64,000 nt of DNA. Source: a virus (Duplodnaviria > Caudoviricetes). The notes under the pieces are model-generated. The model did not search any database. It saw nothing but the letters and a program-made list of their open reading frames with translations, and had not been told where the DNA came from. Positions 19,909 through 28,818 of the stretch are shown here, piece by piece (the stretch's first letter is position 1; each line of letters begins with the position of its first letter). The position numbers and the translations under genes are program-made. The stretch spans positions 20,229 to 84,228 of IMG/VR virus record IMGVR_UViG_3300025426_000021, one strand, 5' to 3'.

Positions 19909-19978
19909 ACTCTATATTTATATATTATAAACAAAAAATAGCAACTTCCTTGCAAATATTTTTAGTTTAGTATATCTG

Positions 19979-21079
19979 CTACTGTTTAATAAAATTGCTT
20001 AAAATGTTGTTAAGCTTAACGTTAACGCTGTTTTTAGCGGTATTTATATGGTTTTGATTATAAAAAAGTCTATTATGTAAATTTAAAGTAGAATCTAGTA
20101 TACTGTGTAAACCTTGCTTAGAAAGCCTCTCTACTTCGTTTGTAACTAAAACCATTCTTTTATAACCATCTAGTACTTCATCATAACTGTGATTGATAAC
20201 ATCATCAAACACATCGAACCCCATATCTCTTATCTTTTTTACATAACCCGGTGGTGCTAAAAATATCGGTATTTGTTTCCAAAAAAAAGCTTTGGTAGTT
20301 TTTTCAGTTAAAAATAATCTAGTACTATGGTTGGTAAGGCTTTTAATAACCCCGTTTTTAGTAATATAGGGATCATTTGTATAGCTCGACTCAATAACTA
20401 CATTTAATAGACATTCGGAAAAATACTCATGGTTGTAAGTAAAATTCATCCATATAAGGTGACTTTTTTGGTTATCAATAGTGCTATCCACAAGTATAGG
20501 AAACATACCTTTATATCTATTATCTAACTCTTCATACATTTTTTTATCTTCATCTTGTACGTTAACTCCGCAAGAAATAATACTGTTATCGTTGTAAAGA
20601 TTACGTTTAAGTAGTTCTTGTATAAATAAGAGTTTGTAAAGTCTGACTGATCTAGCTAAAGCAGTAAAAAGTTTTGTTTTTTTGGTAAACAAATACTGCG
20701 CTGAAAAACCTTGATCTTCTATCGTTAAAAAATAGGGTAAATAACCGTGATTGTAAATAGTGGGTTCATCTAAACCGCAATCTAAAAATAAAATATTATC
20801 TTTTTTTATCTCGCATTTAGTAGTTATAATATATGTTAAATGCAACCAGAAAGAGTGGTGTACAGCTTCGCAAGAAGCAACTAATATAACTTTATTTATT
20901 TTTTTGTTTAAATTACTATAGTATTTATAGAACATATCTTGTTCCATTTCATTACAAATATTGGAAGAAACAAAATATATAATAACATCTTCTGTATTGT
21001 CTTCAAAAAAATACGGTACAAGTACAGGTAAAGATTTTTTTGATATAGCAACTGACATGTCGAAATTGTTACAGTACAT
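19979..21079 (-). CDS. Hypothetical protein, possible glycosyltransferase-like C-terminal domain
   Basis: NVVIES...FLTEKTTKAF...GFDVFDDVINHSYD motif seen in large-phage sugar-modification islands. Confidence 0.5.
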   Translation of the reverse strand: MYCNNFDMSVAISKKSLPVLVPYFFEDNTEDVIIYFVSSNICNEMEQDMFYKYYSNLNKKINKVILVASCEAVHHSFWLHLTYIITTKCEIKKDNILFLDCGLDEPTIYNHGYLPYFLTIEDQGFSAQYLFTKKTKLFTALARSVRLYKLLFIQELLKRNLYNDNSIISCGVNVQDEDKKMYEELDNRYKGMFPILVDSTIDNQKSHLIWMNFTYNHEYFSECLLNVVIESSYTNDPYITKNGVIKSLTNHSTRLFLTEKTTKAFFWKQIPIFLAPPGYVKKIRDMGFDVFDDVINHSYDEVLDGYKRMVLVTNEVERLSKQGLHSILDSTLNLHNRLFYNQNHINTAKNSVNVKLNNILSNFIKQ

Positions 21080-21121
21080 ACTCTATTATATATATTAATA
21101 TGCGTATAAAATAATGCAAAT

Positions 21122-21158
21122 AAAAAAAGGAACCCGGCTCAGATTACTCCAAGCCGGG
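21122..21158 (-). terminator. Probable rho-independent terminator
   Basis: Minus strand CCCGGCT...AGCCGGG stem followed by a T-run. Confidence 0.6.
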
Positions 21159-21181
21159 CGTTATTTTTCTAACTTATAGTA

Positions 21182-21367
21182 TTAAAATAGATGTTGATGT
21201 GGGGCTGAGATAGCGTCTTTCCACGCTTTCTTAAACCCTACCCAAAACTTTTTAACACTTTCAATGAACTTTGACTTTGTCTTACTGTTACCTATCTTAT
21301 AGTCCTCGTATGCGAGTCTAACAAGACCACCAACAGCAAGATAACTTGTTATAATTAATACTTGCAT
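21182..21367 (-). CDS. Small membrane-anchored hypothetical protein
   Basis: 61 aa with a hydrophobic N-terminus, a basic C-terminus and its own promoter/leader. Confidence 0.5.
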   Translation of the reverse strand: MQVLIITSYLAVGGLVRLAYEDYKIGNSKTKSKFIESVKKFWVGFKKAWKDAISAPHQHLF

Positions 21368-21512
21368 ATGTGTTGTTTTGTTTAGAACCGCCGCCCGGGG
21401 GCTTTGGTTGTTATGCTGGATAAAGTCACCAGCACAAATACTTACTTGTGTTTTTTATATAATAGGGGAATTTGTCATAGGAATAACCTATCATTTCTAT
21501 TTGGATTAAAGA

Positions 21513-21586
21513 TGGCTGTCCGACCTGGATTCGAACCAGAACTAGATGAGTCAAAGTCATCTGTGCTACCATTACACCATCAGACA
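21513..21586 (-). tRNA. tRNA-Gln(UUG)
   Basis: Cloverleaf with TGTCTGA/TCGGACA acceptor, anticodon loop CT-TTG-AC, TTCGAAT T-loop and encoded CCA. Confidence 0.92.
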
Positions 21587-21590
21587 ATAA

Positions 21591-21662
21591 TACCCCCACC
21601 GGGATTCGAACCCGGATAGTCGCAGTGAAAGTGCGGTAGACTAACCATTATCCTATGAGGGC
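21591..21662 (-). tRNA. tRNA-Glu(UUC), CCA not encoded
   Basis: GCCCTCA/TGGGGGT acceptor, anticodon loop CT-TTC-AC, CCGGG-TTCGAAT-CCCGG T-arm. Confidence 0.85.
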
Positions 21663-21668
21663 ATAAAG

Positions 21669-22051
21669 TGGTGGACCTGCCGGGTACTGCCCCCGGGTGT
21701 TCTGTGCCGTTTTTATCAGTTTCTACAAGCTTATCATTACTAATAAGATGCATACCCGTAATGCTGATATACAAATTGTTTGGTAGTGTTCCTGCTATTC
21801 TACTACCATTGAATAGTCAGTCTCGCTGAATGACGGTTATAGTATATAGCGAGAATCTATATTATAACCGATCGAGCTTAAGCAGCTGCGAGTGCGAAGC
21901 TTTCGCTAGTATTGAATGAATCCATTACTGATGCGACTGCGTTCTTGAGGCTTTGAATAATGCCGGTTGTTTTTGTGTTAATTTATAAAGGATTTAACAA
22001 TCCTGCTTGCTTCTAATACGTCTGTCACAGAGTCGAATCTAGTACAGGCCC
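21669..22051 (-). ncRNA. ssrA: tmRNA (SsrA), one-piece
   Basis: 5' GGGCCTG-TACTAGATTCGAC pairs with 3' CAGGTCC-ACCA, giving the G3:U alanine identity pair; T-arm CCGGG-GGCAGTA-CCCGG; internal tag frame ends FALAAA-stop (21878-21964). Confidence 0.92.
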
Positions 22052-22096
22052 GTATAAAATATGTTAAAGAACTATAAGTAATATAACATATTTACA

Positions 22097-22510
22097 ATGA
22101 ATAGCAACTTAAAACTGTTAGCGGAACAATATCAGTTAATTTTAGAAAAACGAGTTCAACCTGATCCTACTACAGAAGAATCTCTTGTACAGTTTTTGGA
22201 TAAGAGAGCTGCTGGTGCTGCTAAGATTGCTCATAGTTCAAAAGAGAAGGGTGGGTTTGCTACTTTAACTGCTATTCACTTTGCTGCTAAAGCTAAACCA
22301 TATGCAGAAGCAGAAAAGATGGAAAAAGCACCTGATAAAGATTGTGATAAATGTAACGCGCATTATAAAAAAATGGCAAAAGAAATACACGCAAAATTAG
22401 CAGATCTAGATAAGTTATCACAAAAAGAGTTTCAAGCTCTTATGGGCGAGCTAGAAGTTTGGGGTGAGGTTTACATACGTGCTATGAAACCTGAAAGCTT
22501 AAAAATTTAA
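22097..22510 (+). CDS. Hypothetical protein, candidate internal head protein
   Basis: 137 aa; N-terminus MNSNLKLLAEQYQLILE. Confidence 0.55.
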   Translation: MNSNLKLLAEQYQLILEKRVQPDPTTEESLVQFLDKRAAGAAKIAHSSKEKGGFATLTAIHFAAKAKPYAEAEKMEKAPDKDCDKCNAHYKKMAKEIHAKLADLDKLSQKEFQALMGELEVWGEVYIRAMKPESLKI

Positions 22511-23475
22511 GACTTCCAGCTATCTCTATCATACCCAAATTTTATAAACCACTCTTTTCTGTCTTCATAAACTATATCAGCTAGTTCTTGATTGTAAAAA
22601 CTTTTCCACTCATTACTAAACAACTGATATAAGTCTATTAACTTAGTTTTTTCTGCAAAGCCTTCCGGTACAATAAAATAGTTTTTAATAAACGTTTGCA
22701 GCTTATCAGTTGGTAACATTTGTAACTGTTTATATGTTTTCTTTAAAAGTAACTGTGGGTAGGTTTTAGGTTTAGCATTAAAAAGAGCATTACTTACTTT
22801 TTTATTACTCTCTATAAACTTTATAAAATAATCATTATCTAATTTACCATTAATAGCATAGTTAATAATAATATACTTCATAACTGTAGTAAAATACTGT
22901 GCTGTACAAGGATTAGCAGTACTAACTTTAGTTATACCCGGTATCTTTAATAGATCTTCTTTAAGGTTCTCCACCTTAACCACATAATCAGGTTCTTTAT
23001 TTGGTAACTTATGCGGGTTAGAGTTTCTATTAAATTTATTACTGTCCTTTTCATTTATACAATGTACCCACTCATTAAATGTTTTGCATAAAGGGGGTTC
23101 ATTTAAATACACCTTAGTTAAACCTGTACCGTCTTCTCCTTCTAGTATTTCATCAAATAGTAAAGGCATTCTATCGTTAGTATCAGGAAAAGGATTACGA
23201 ACAGTAGCGTGTGGACGTACCGCTATAGTTTGATTAAGTCTCCATAAAGAAACTGCTTGTATGTATGGGTTGCGTACATTAATAACTAATGGGTATTGCG
23301 AAGATAAATACTTTTCCGGTATATTAGTTTCGTGTGTATAACCTCTACTAAAAACTGGTACGTATCCAATAGACTCTATTACGTTTAAGCCGTTTTGTTG
23401 TAAAGTGTCAAATGTAGCTCGAGAAGCATGTCTTTCCGGTAACAACCAGATATAACCATTAGATAATAAGTTCAT
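22507..23475 (-). CDS. Sulfotransferase-family-like protein 1
   Basis: WLLPERHASRA (5'-PSB-like), VRNPY..AVSLW (3'-PB-like), C-terminal YNQELADIVY...FGYDRDSWK. Confidence 0.6.
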   Translation of the reverse strand: MNLLSNGYIWLLPERHASRATFDTLQQNGLNVIESIGYVPVFSRGYTHETNIPEKYLSSQYPLVINVRNPYIQAVSLWRLNQTIAVRPHATVRNPFPDTNDRMPLLFDEILEGEDGTGLTKVYLNEPPLCKTFNEWVHCINEKDSNKFNRNSNPHKLPNKEPDYVVKVENLKEDLLKIPGITKVSTANPCTAQYFTTVMKYIIINYAINGKLDNDYFIKFIESNKKVSNALFNAKPKTYPQLLLKKTYKQLQMLPTDKLQTFIKNYFIVPEGFAEKTKLIDLYQLFSNEWKSFYNQELADIVYEDRKEWFIKFGYDRDSWKS

Positions 23476-23482
23476 TTTTTAG

Positions 23483-23557
<75 letters not shown>

Positions 23558-23584
23558 GCGCTTATTACTATTTAAGCAGCGGTA

Positions 23585-24301
23585 TTATGATTTCCAGCTA
23601 TCTTTATCGTAGCCAAATGCAGCAAAATCTGCAGTATATGCATTATAAACTGCATCAGCTAAATCTTGAGTATACTGACCTTTCCAGTTAATACTAGAGA
23701 GATTTAAGTTATAAGCATCATTATTAATATGCTGAGTAAGTGCTCTTGCTACGTTAACGTTGGTTACATCTAAACCAATTTTTGTAGTTAAGGTAGCAAC
23801 ATCAGTTGCAAAAGATTCAAGATGTACAACAGTTAAATTATTTAAAGGTATATTAGCATACACGCATTGATCGGTTACCTGACCAAGAGAAACCCCTGGC
23901 CATGTATCGCTTGGGTTTGTCTTTAAATTATTAATATACCAGCAACCTTTTTGATGCCATGGTGCACCTAAAGAAGTGGCAGATAGTGGAGTTGCCCATG
24001 CTCCGGTTTTCCACATATTTACATAGTCTGCAAATAATGGCGGAGTATTATATTTTTGAGAATATAACCAACGTGTAAAGAATATTTCATAAGGGTTTCT
24101 TACTGTACAAGCAATAGTTGTAACAGGCACGCCTGCAGGTACTGAAAACTCTCTTGTTAAATAAACTGGTGCAGCTTCAGCTTTTGTTTCTAATAAAGTA
24201 ACATAGTTGTTAAGTGCATTTAAATAGTTATTAAATGACTGTGAACCGGTATAACTTGTACCGAGTTGTACAGCTGATAAAGTAGGATAATAAGCAGGCA
24301 T
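23585..24301 (-). CDS. Sulfotransferase-family-like protein 2
   Basis: VRNPYE, VHLESF, YTQDLADAVY...DFAAFGYDKDSWK; TAAATA 5 nt upstream. Confidence 0.55.
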   Translation of the reverse strand: MPAYYPTLSAVQLGTSYTGSQSFNNYLNALNNYVTLLETKAEAAPVYLTREFSVPAGVPVTTIACTVRNPYEIFFTRWLYSQKYNTPPLFADYVNMWKTGAWATPLSATSLGAPWHQKGCWYINNLKTNPSDTWPGVSLGQVTDQCVYANIPLNNLTVVHLESFATDVATLTTKIGLDVTNVNVARALTQHINNDAYNLNLSSINWKGQYTQDLADAVYNAYTADFAAFGYDKDSWKS

Positions 24302-24327
24302 GTTAATATTTACATTTTTTAATGTTT

Positions 24328-24702
24328 TTATTGTACAGACTTTAAATAATCACAATAAAAATTTTTACACATACTCGGTCTGATTTCATATACATTACAA
24401 CATTTTAGAGTAGAGTTATAAAATATGCAAGGTTTTCTAACATGATTATAATCAACTCTTAACGCAGGATAATGAGCCGGGTTTTGATAGTTAAATCTTT
24501 CCGGGAACATTTTAGATCCCTCTTCATAGTCTATAAACACATCTTTCCACTCTATTCTTATACCAGGATACTTCTCTTTCAGTCTTTGTAAAAACAGTAC
24601 AGGGTCCGAAACTGGACCTATAATATAGTCTCTATCATCAATCTGACAGCAACCACCATGATTACCTGTTTGACCTAGACATTTTTCGCAGCAATGATTC
24701 AT
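24328..24702 (-). CDS. YkgJ/UPF0153-like Cys-cluster (Zn/Fe-S) protein
   Basis: CEKC...GGCC at the N-terminus; PCIFY...CNVYEIRPSMCKNFYC. Confidence 0.75.
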   Translation of the reverse strand: MNHCCEKCLGQTGNHGGCCQIDDRDYIIGPVSDPVLFLQRLKEKYPGIRIEWKDVFIDYEEGSKMFPERFNYQNPAHYPALRVDYNHVRKPCIFYNSTLKCCNVYEIRPSMCKNFYCDYLKSVQ

Positions 24703-25358
24703 TTTTTCCAGCTATCTCTTGAATAACCAAAAGGTTCAAACTGCCCTTTAAACTTTTCGTACACTATATCAGCTAGTCTTTGATTAAACCTATAATACGA
24801 GCGCCAATCAGCAAATCGGTCGTCTATGTTATCTCTACGTATGTCACCGCGTGGGTCATCTACACCTTCGTATTTGTATTTGTTTTTTATTATGGTGTTG
24901 TCGTAACTAAACTTAACTTTAGGATCATTTAAGTCTAAAAATGGTATTTTTTTAACATCTTCTGCAAAGTTTTCATACCTAATAAAAAGGTAGGGTTTGT
25001 ATGTTGCAGCTGGTTCTTCATAACTGTCCATTATACTTGAGTTTATTACATATTCTTCAAAATCACGCTCTACTACTAGTTCGTCATTGTTTTTACGTTT
25101 AAAGTTATATAAATGCCAAAATGAAACTGCCCGAGAGTATGGGTTACGTATTTGCATTATTATTTTGTAGTCTTTATACTTTTCTGATACATCATAACCA
25201 TGATTGTGAGCCACATTACGTATATCTGATTCAGGAGTAAGGGTGTTTGAAATATTATAGTTAAAAAAATCATAATACTGCAGTACTTCGCTCAAAGCTC
25301 TACTCCCGCATCTTGGAGTTGCCCACCAAATATGCTGTACTGTTTCGGAGACGTTCAT
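24699..25358 (-). CDS. Sulfotransferase-family-like protein 3
   Basis: WWATPRCGSRAL (5'-PSB), IRNPYSRAVSFW (3'-PB), IRYENF, LADIVY...FGYSRDSWK. Confidence 0.7.
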   Translation of the reverse strand: MNVSETVQHIWWATPRCGSRALSEVLQYYDFFNYNISNTLTPESDIRNVAHNHGYDVSEKYKDYKIIMQIRNPYSRAVSFWHLYNFKRKNNDELVVERDFEEYVINSSIMDSYEEPAATYKPYLFIRYENFAEDVKKIPFLDLNDPKVKFSYDNTIIKNKYKYEGVDDPRGDIRRDNIDDRFADWRSYYRFNQRLADIVYEKFKGQFEPFGYSRDSWKK

Positions 25359-25414
25359 ATATAGACTTAGTAAAAAAACTTGTACTTCAAGGGCAATCCA
25401 GTAAGTAGTTAAAA

Positions 25415-26020
25415 ATGGAGCATTTTCAACACACTATTGCAGGTTGGTTTACATTTCCAGAACTATACAAAATCGCCGCTCAATATGTGCCAGATGGAGG
25501 TCATGTAGTTGAAATAGGTGCTTTTTTAGGCAAATCAACATCCTTTATGGCAGTTGAACTGTTTAACTCGGGTAAACGAGTAAAATTTGATGTTATTGAT
25601 ACTTGGCAAGGCAGTCCAGAACACGTAGAAACGTTTAAAGATCTAGGCTACGAACCTGGAGATAAAAATATACTTTACAAAGAATTTTTGCGCCATATGG
25701 AACCAGTAAGGCATATTATCAATCCATTGCGTACTGATTCAGTAACAGGTGGTAAACTTTACCCGGATGAGTCTTTAGATTTTGTTTTTATAGATGCGGG
25801 GCACGAATATGAAAATGTAAAAAACGATTTATTAACATGGTATCCTAAGGTAAAAAAAGGCGGGTTTATTGCTGGGCATGATTATTTTTTTCCGAGCGAT
25901 CCAGAACACGGACATAAATACCCCGGAGTAAAAAAAGCTGTAGATGAGTTTTTTACAAATATAAAAGCAGATGTTTTAATAAGTCCTGCAGAATATTGCT
26001 GGTTATACCAAGTGCGTTAA
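25415..26020 (+). CDS. Class I SAM-dependent methyltransferase (Methyltransf_24-like)
   Basis: VEIGAFLGKST, IDTW, DFVFIDAGHEYE, GGFIAGHDY. Confidence 0.85.
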   Translation: MEHFQHTIAGWFTFPELYKIAAQYVPDGGHVVEIGAFLGKSTSFMAVELFNSGKRVKFDVIDTWQGSPEHVETFKDLGYEPGDKNILYKEFLRHMEPVRHIINPLRTDSVTGGKLYPDESLDFVFIDAGHEYENVKNDLLTWYPKVKKGGFIAGHDYFFPSDPEHGHKYPGVKKAVDEFFTNIKADVLISPAEYCWLYQVR

Positions 26021-26274
26021 TACTTTATTTCAGTTATTCTTATAGAGTTGCCCTGTTTGTCGTATGTAAAGATTCTCGGTAGCTTATCAAGTTTAAAAGA
26101 TCTAGCTACATTTATAGCTTCATTTACACTTGGCTGAGGTGCAGCATCCTCAAAAGACCTACACCATGTGTCAGTATTATCTTTAAAGCCTGCAAAAAAA
26201 AGACCTTCTTCAAGAACCATTTTTGCATTCATACGCACAACAGATGCGTCCATTATAATAGTTTTTTCGTTCAT
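26017..26274 (-). CDS. Hypothetical protein
   Basis: 85 aa ORF in a tightly packed minus-strand operon. Confidence 0.55.
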   Translation of the reverse strand: MNEKTIIMDASVVRMNAKMVLEEGLFFAGFKDNTDTWCRSFEDAAPQPSVNEAINVARSFKLDKLPRIFTYDKQGNSIRITEIKY

Positions 26275-26275
26275 A

Positions 26276-26590
26276 TTATTCTTTTATTTCAAGACGACGT
26301 AGTTTGTTTTCGATCTGAAGATTTTTAATATTAATAAGATTTTTTTCAATACCACGAGCGGTTTGAATTTTCATTACTAATGTATCTGTACGGTTATCTA
26401 CATAATCTTGTATATCTAAAGGTTTGATATATTTCATACCTTCTGGACTGTAAAAATCGATGCTTCTGTCTTCACACTTTTCAGCAATGAGATCAACAGC
26501 CTCGATTAAAGCAGCCCAACGGGCAAGTTCATATGTAGTGATCTGGCGAGGACCGGTTTGAGTTACTTCTTCTAAAGTATAATCTTCCAT
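26276..26590 (-). CDS. Hypothetical protein
   Basis: 104 aa ORF, tightly packed with its neighbours. Confidence 0.6.
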   Translation of the reverse strand: MEDYTLEEVTQTGPRQITTYELARWAALIEAVDLIAEKCEDRSIDFYSPEGMKYIKPLDIQDYVDNRTDTLVMKIQTARGIEKNLINIKNLQIENKLRRLEIKE

Positions 26591-26599
26591 AAAATATTA

Positions 26600-26992
26600 T
26601 TAGCTCTTATTTGAAAGTGGTTGTGTTACTAAAGCAGCTTCTACGTTAACGTATACTGCATTCTTTGCCTGACAATGAACACAATCGAAATATGTATCTT
26701 CTTTAGCGTTTATCACAACTTCATTTGTTTGTTTACAAGCAGCACAAGGTACATTAAAAGTGATTTTAGAGAGTATTTCAAGCTCTTTGAGGTTTTTCTC
26801 AGTTATATCTTTAGTAGCTTTATATTCTAAATAAGCACCATAAAGATAGAATAGAATAAACTGAGCAACAAAAGTCGCCCAAAACCATACTGCGGTAGAT
26901 TGCTTTGTAAAATGTGCAATAGTTGCGAAAACAGCACTTACTGCAGCCGCCTTCAATACAGAACCCAACAGGGTTATTAATATTTGTTTCAT
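26600..26992 (-). CDS. Membrane protein with C-terminal zinc ribbon
   Basis: Two hydrophobic segments followed by CAAC...CVHC. Confidence 0.6.
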   Translation of the reverse strand: MKQILITLLGSVLKAAAVSAVFATIAHFTKQSTAVWFWATFVAQFILFYLYGAYLEYKATKDITEKNLKELEILSKITFNVPCAACKQTNEVVINAKEDTYFDCVHCQAKNAVYVNVEAALVTQPLSNKS

Positions 26993-27018
26993 ATGTTACT
27001 CGTATTAGAGTAACTTAT

Positions 27019-27426
27019 TCACTTAGGTGCAAGAGTAAAGGAGTTTAATTGTGCAGCAAGTTCTTTGTATGCTATCATAATGCCTGCCAACTTTGCTCTA
27101 AACTTCTTTAAGTCTTTTTCTTTACCTTTAAATAAAGGTAAGTTTGCTGCTGTAGCAGCTTTGTTCTTTAAATCTAATGTTTGTAGATATAGATTAGCTA
27201 GTTGTACTACTGAATCTTGTAAAGGGTAGGGTAAGGCTTCTGGGTTAGGACCGCCTTGACCGTTGTTCTTGAGATTAGCTAGTTTTTCTAATGTAGGAGG
27301 GCTATCATTAGTTACGTAGCTATCTTTTGTCTCCGGAGTTGAAGTAGAAGGTAGAGCGCCGGTATATGTGTTACCGGATTCGTAACTTGCTTCACTTAAG
27401 ATTTTATCTGTTTTTCTTTTGCTCAC
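27019..27426 (-). CDS. Hypothetical protein, candidate head protein
   Basis: Likely GTG start (MSKRKTDKILSEA), with an ILSE motif near the N-terminus. Confidence 0.5.
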   Translation of the reverse strand: MSKRKTDKILSEASYESGNTYTGALPSTSTPETKDSYVTNDSPPTLEKLANLKNNGQGGPNPEALPYPLQDSVVQLANLYLQTLDLKNKAATAANLPLFKGKEKDLKKFRAKLAGIMIAYKELAAQLNSFTLAPK

Positions 27427-27598
27427 GGTTCTCAATACTTACTACTCCAATCTTGAATCTACCGCTACATTTTGGGCAAATCCAATGAGCTTCGTTAACG
27501 ATTTGATTGCCTTTGTTAACTCTTACAGCTCTAGGGTGTACTGGTCCATGGCCGCAAATATGGCAGCTTTCTGGACGCATAAATACTTGTTCGTTCAT
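27404..27598 (-). CDS. Small zinc-ribbon protein
   Basis: CHICG...WICPKC; ATG 27598 lies 7 nt after TAAGTA. Confidence 0.6.
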   Translation of the reverse strand: MNEQVFMRPESCHICGHGPVHPRAVRVNKGNQIVNEAHWICPKCSGRFKIGVVSIENREQKKNR

Positions 27599-27608
27599 AG
27601 ACGAATAC

Positions 27609-28520
27609 TTATCCAAATAGCTTACAGAAATCAACTAAAGCTTGGTTGTTTGCTTGTTTATTAAATGTTTTCTTCCAATCATTTATCTTATCTAAAACAC
27701 TGTTAAACTCTAACTCTTTACACTTTTCTACAAAGTCATTAAAATCCGTATTAGATGCAGATAGAGTGTTTAACTGTTCGATATACAAGCTCACTTCTTC
27801 AGGATGCACTGCTAAACCATGCGCTAAGTCTACTAAAGGTCTATTGGTAGTAATAGCTTCATTACATAGTTCTAATGCTTTGGGGTCTTTAGCTACCCAT
27901 TGTTTAGCTAGTTTTTGACCTCTAATCTTACCTACCCCTTCAATACCCTGTACATTATCGGATTTATCACCAGCTATACATTTATAAATAACGAATTCTT
28001 CCGGAGTTAACCCATAATGTTCTACAAAGTTATTGACATCTACAAGAAGCTTTTTAACTGGGTTATAGAAAGAAGTATCCGCATTAACCAGTTGTGCAAA
28101 GTCGTTATCTACACTAACAATAATCTTTTTACCAAGTATCTCTTTACTCAACCAACTAATAACATCGTCTGCTTCGAGATTACCTGGAAATATGTTTTTT
28201 ATTCCGAGTGCAGTTGTTACTTCAACAATAGCATCTGCCTCTCCATACACAGCTTTATTACGTTCCTGATTTCTATTACCTTTATATGTACCCTCTGTTA
28301 AGGTTTTACGGAAGTTCTCTTTATTACCTAACTTCTTATCCCAAGCAATATAAATTTTATCTGCATTAAACTGGTCAGCATTAGACTTAATTGTCTTAAG
28401 AAAGGCAAAAATACTCCCGGTATTAATCCCTTTTGAGTTTACTAGAGGCTTTCCTATGTTGTTTGCCACCCAGTACGCCCGGTGAAGAGTATTGTTGCCG
28501 TCTATCAGGAGTGTTGTCAT
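27609..28520 (-). CDS. rnh: T4 RNase H-like 5'-3' exonuclease (FEN family)
   Basis: LLIDGNN, YKGNR, LEADDVI, SVDNDFAQL, GDKSDNVQGIEGVG. Confidence 0.9.
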   Translation of the reverse strand: MTTLLIDGNNTLHRAYWVANNIGKPLVNSKGINTGSIFAFLKTIKSNADQFNADKIYIAWDKKLGNKENFRKTLTEGTYKGNRNQERNKAVYGEADAIVEVTTALGIKNIFPGNLEADDVISWLSKEILGKKIIVSVDNDFAQLVNADTSFYNPVKKLLVDVNNFVEHYGLTPEEFVIYKCIAGDKSDNVQGIEGVGKIRGQKLAKQWVAKDPKALELCNEAITTNRPLVDLAHGLAVHPEEVSLYIEQLNTLSASNTDFNDFVEKCKELEFNSVLDKINDWKKTFNKQANNQALVDFCKLFG

Positions 28521-28818
28521 CTTGTTTTAATTTGAGTTTATATTCTTCTAAGCAGGTATTGTAAACGCCTTTTGGTAAAACGTCAACTATTTCTAGTATT
28601 TTATTTTGTAAGCCTGAAGCAACTTCCGTATTAGGTACCGTTCTTACGTGTTTGTCTGGTAAAGAAAAGAAAACAGTATGACCAGGTGTATAAGACACTG
28701 GTACTAACCATTCCCCTTTAAATGTACCTTCTTTTACGACGTATATGCTTCTCTCTGGAGGATAAAAATAATCTTTAATCCTCTTCAGAGTCGTTTTGAG
28801 GCTGGTCTTTAAATCCAT
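28423..28818 (-). CDS. Hypothetical protein (3' end overlaps rnh start)
   Basis: ORF fills the gap between 28775..29227 and rnh. Confidence 0.55.
   Translation of the reverse strand: MDLKTSLKTTLKRIKDYFYPPERSIYVVKEGTFKGEWLVPVSYTPGHTVFFSLPDKHVRTVPNTEVASGLQNKILEIVDVLPKGVYNTCLEEYKLKLKQDDNTPDRRQQYSSPGVLGGKQHRKASSKLKRD

Noticed and set aside
21368-21444. Canonical preQ1 riboswitch
   Set aside because: The architecture is only loosely similar and the conserved class I/II nucleotides could not be matched. It is kept only as an unassigned structured leader.
21404-21774. ORFs 21404..21619 (+) and 21580..21774 (-)
   Set aside because: They overlap tRNA-Gln, tRNA-Glu and the tmRNA, so they are spurious translations of RNA genes.
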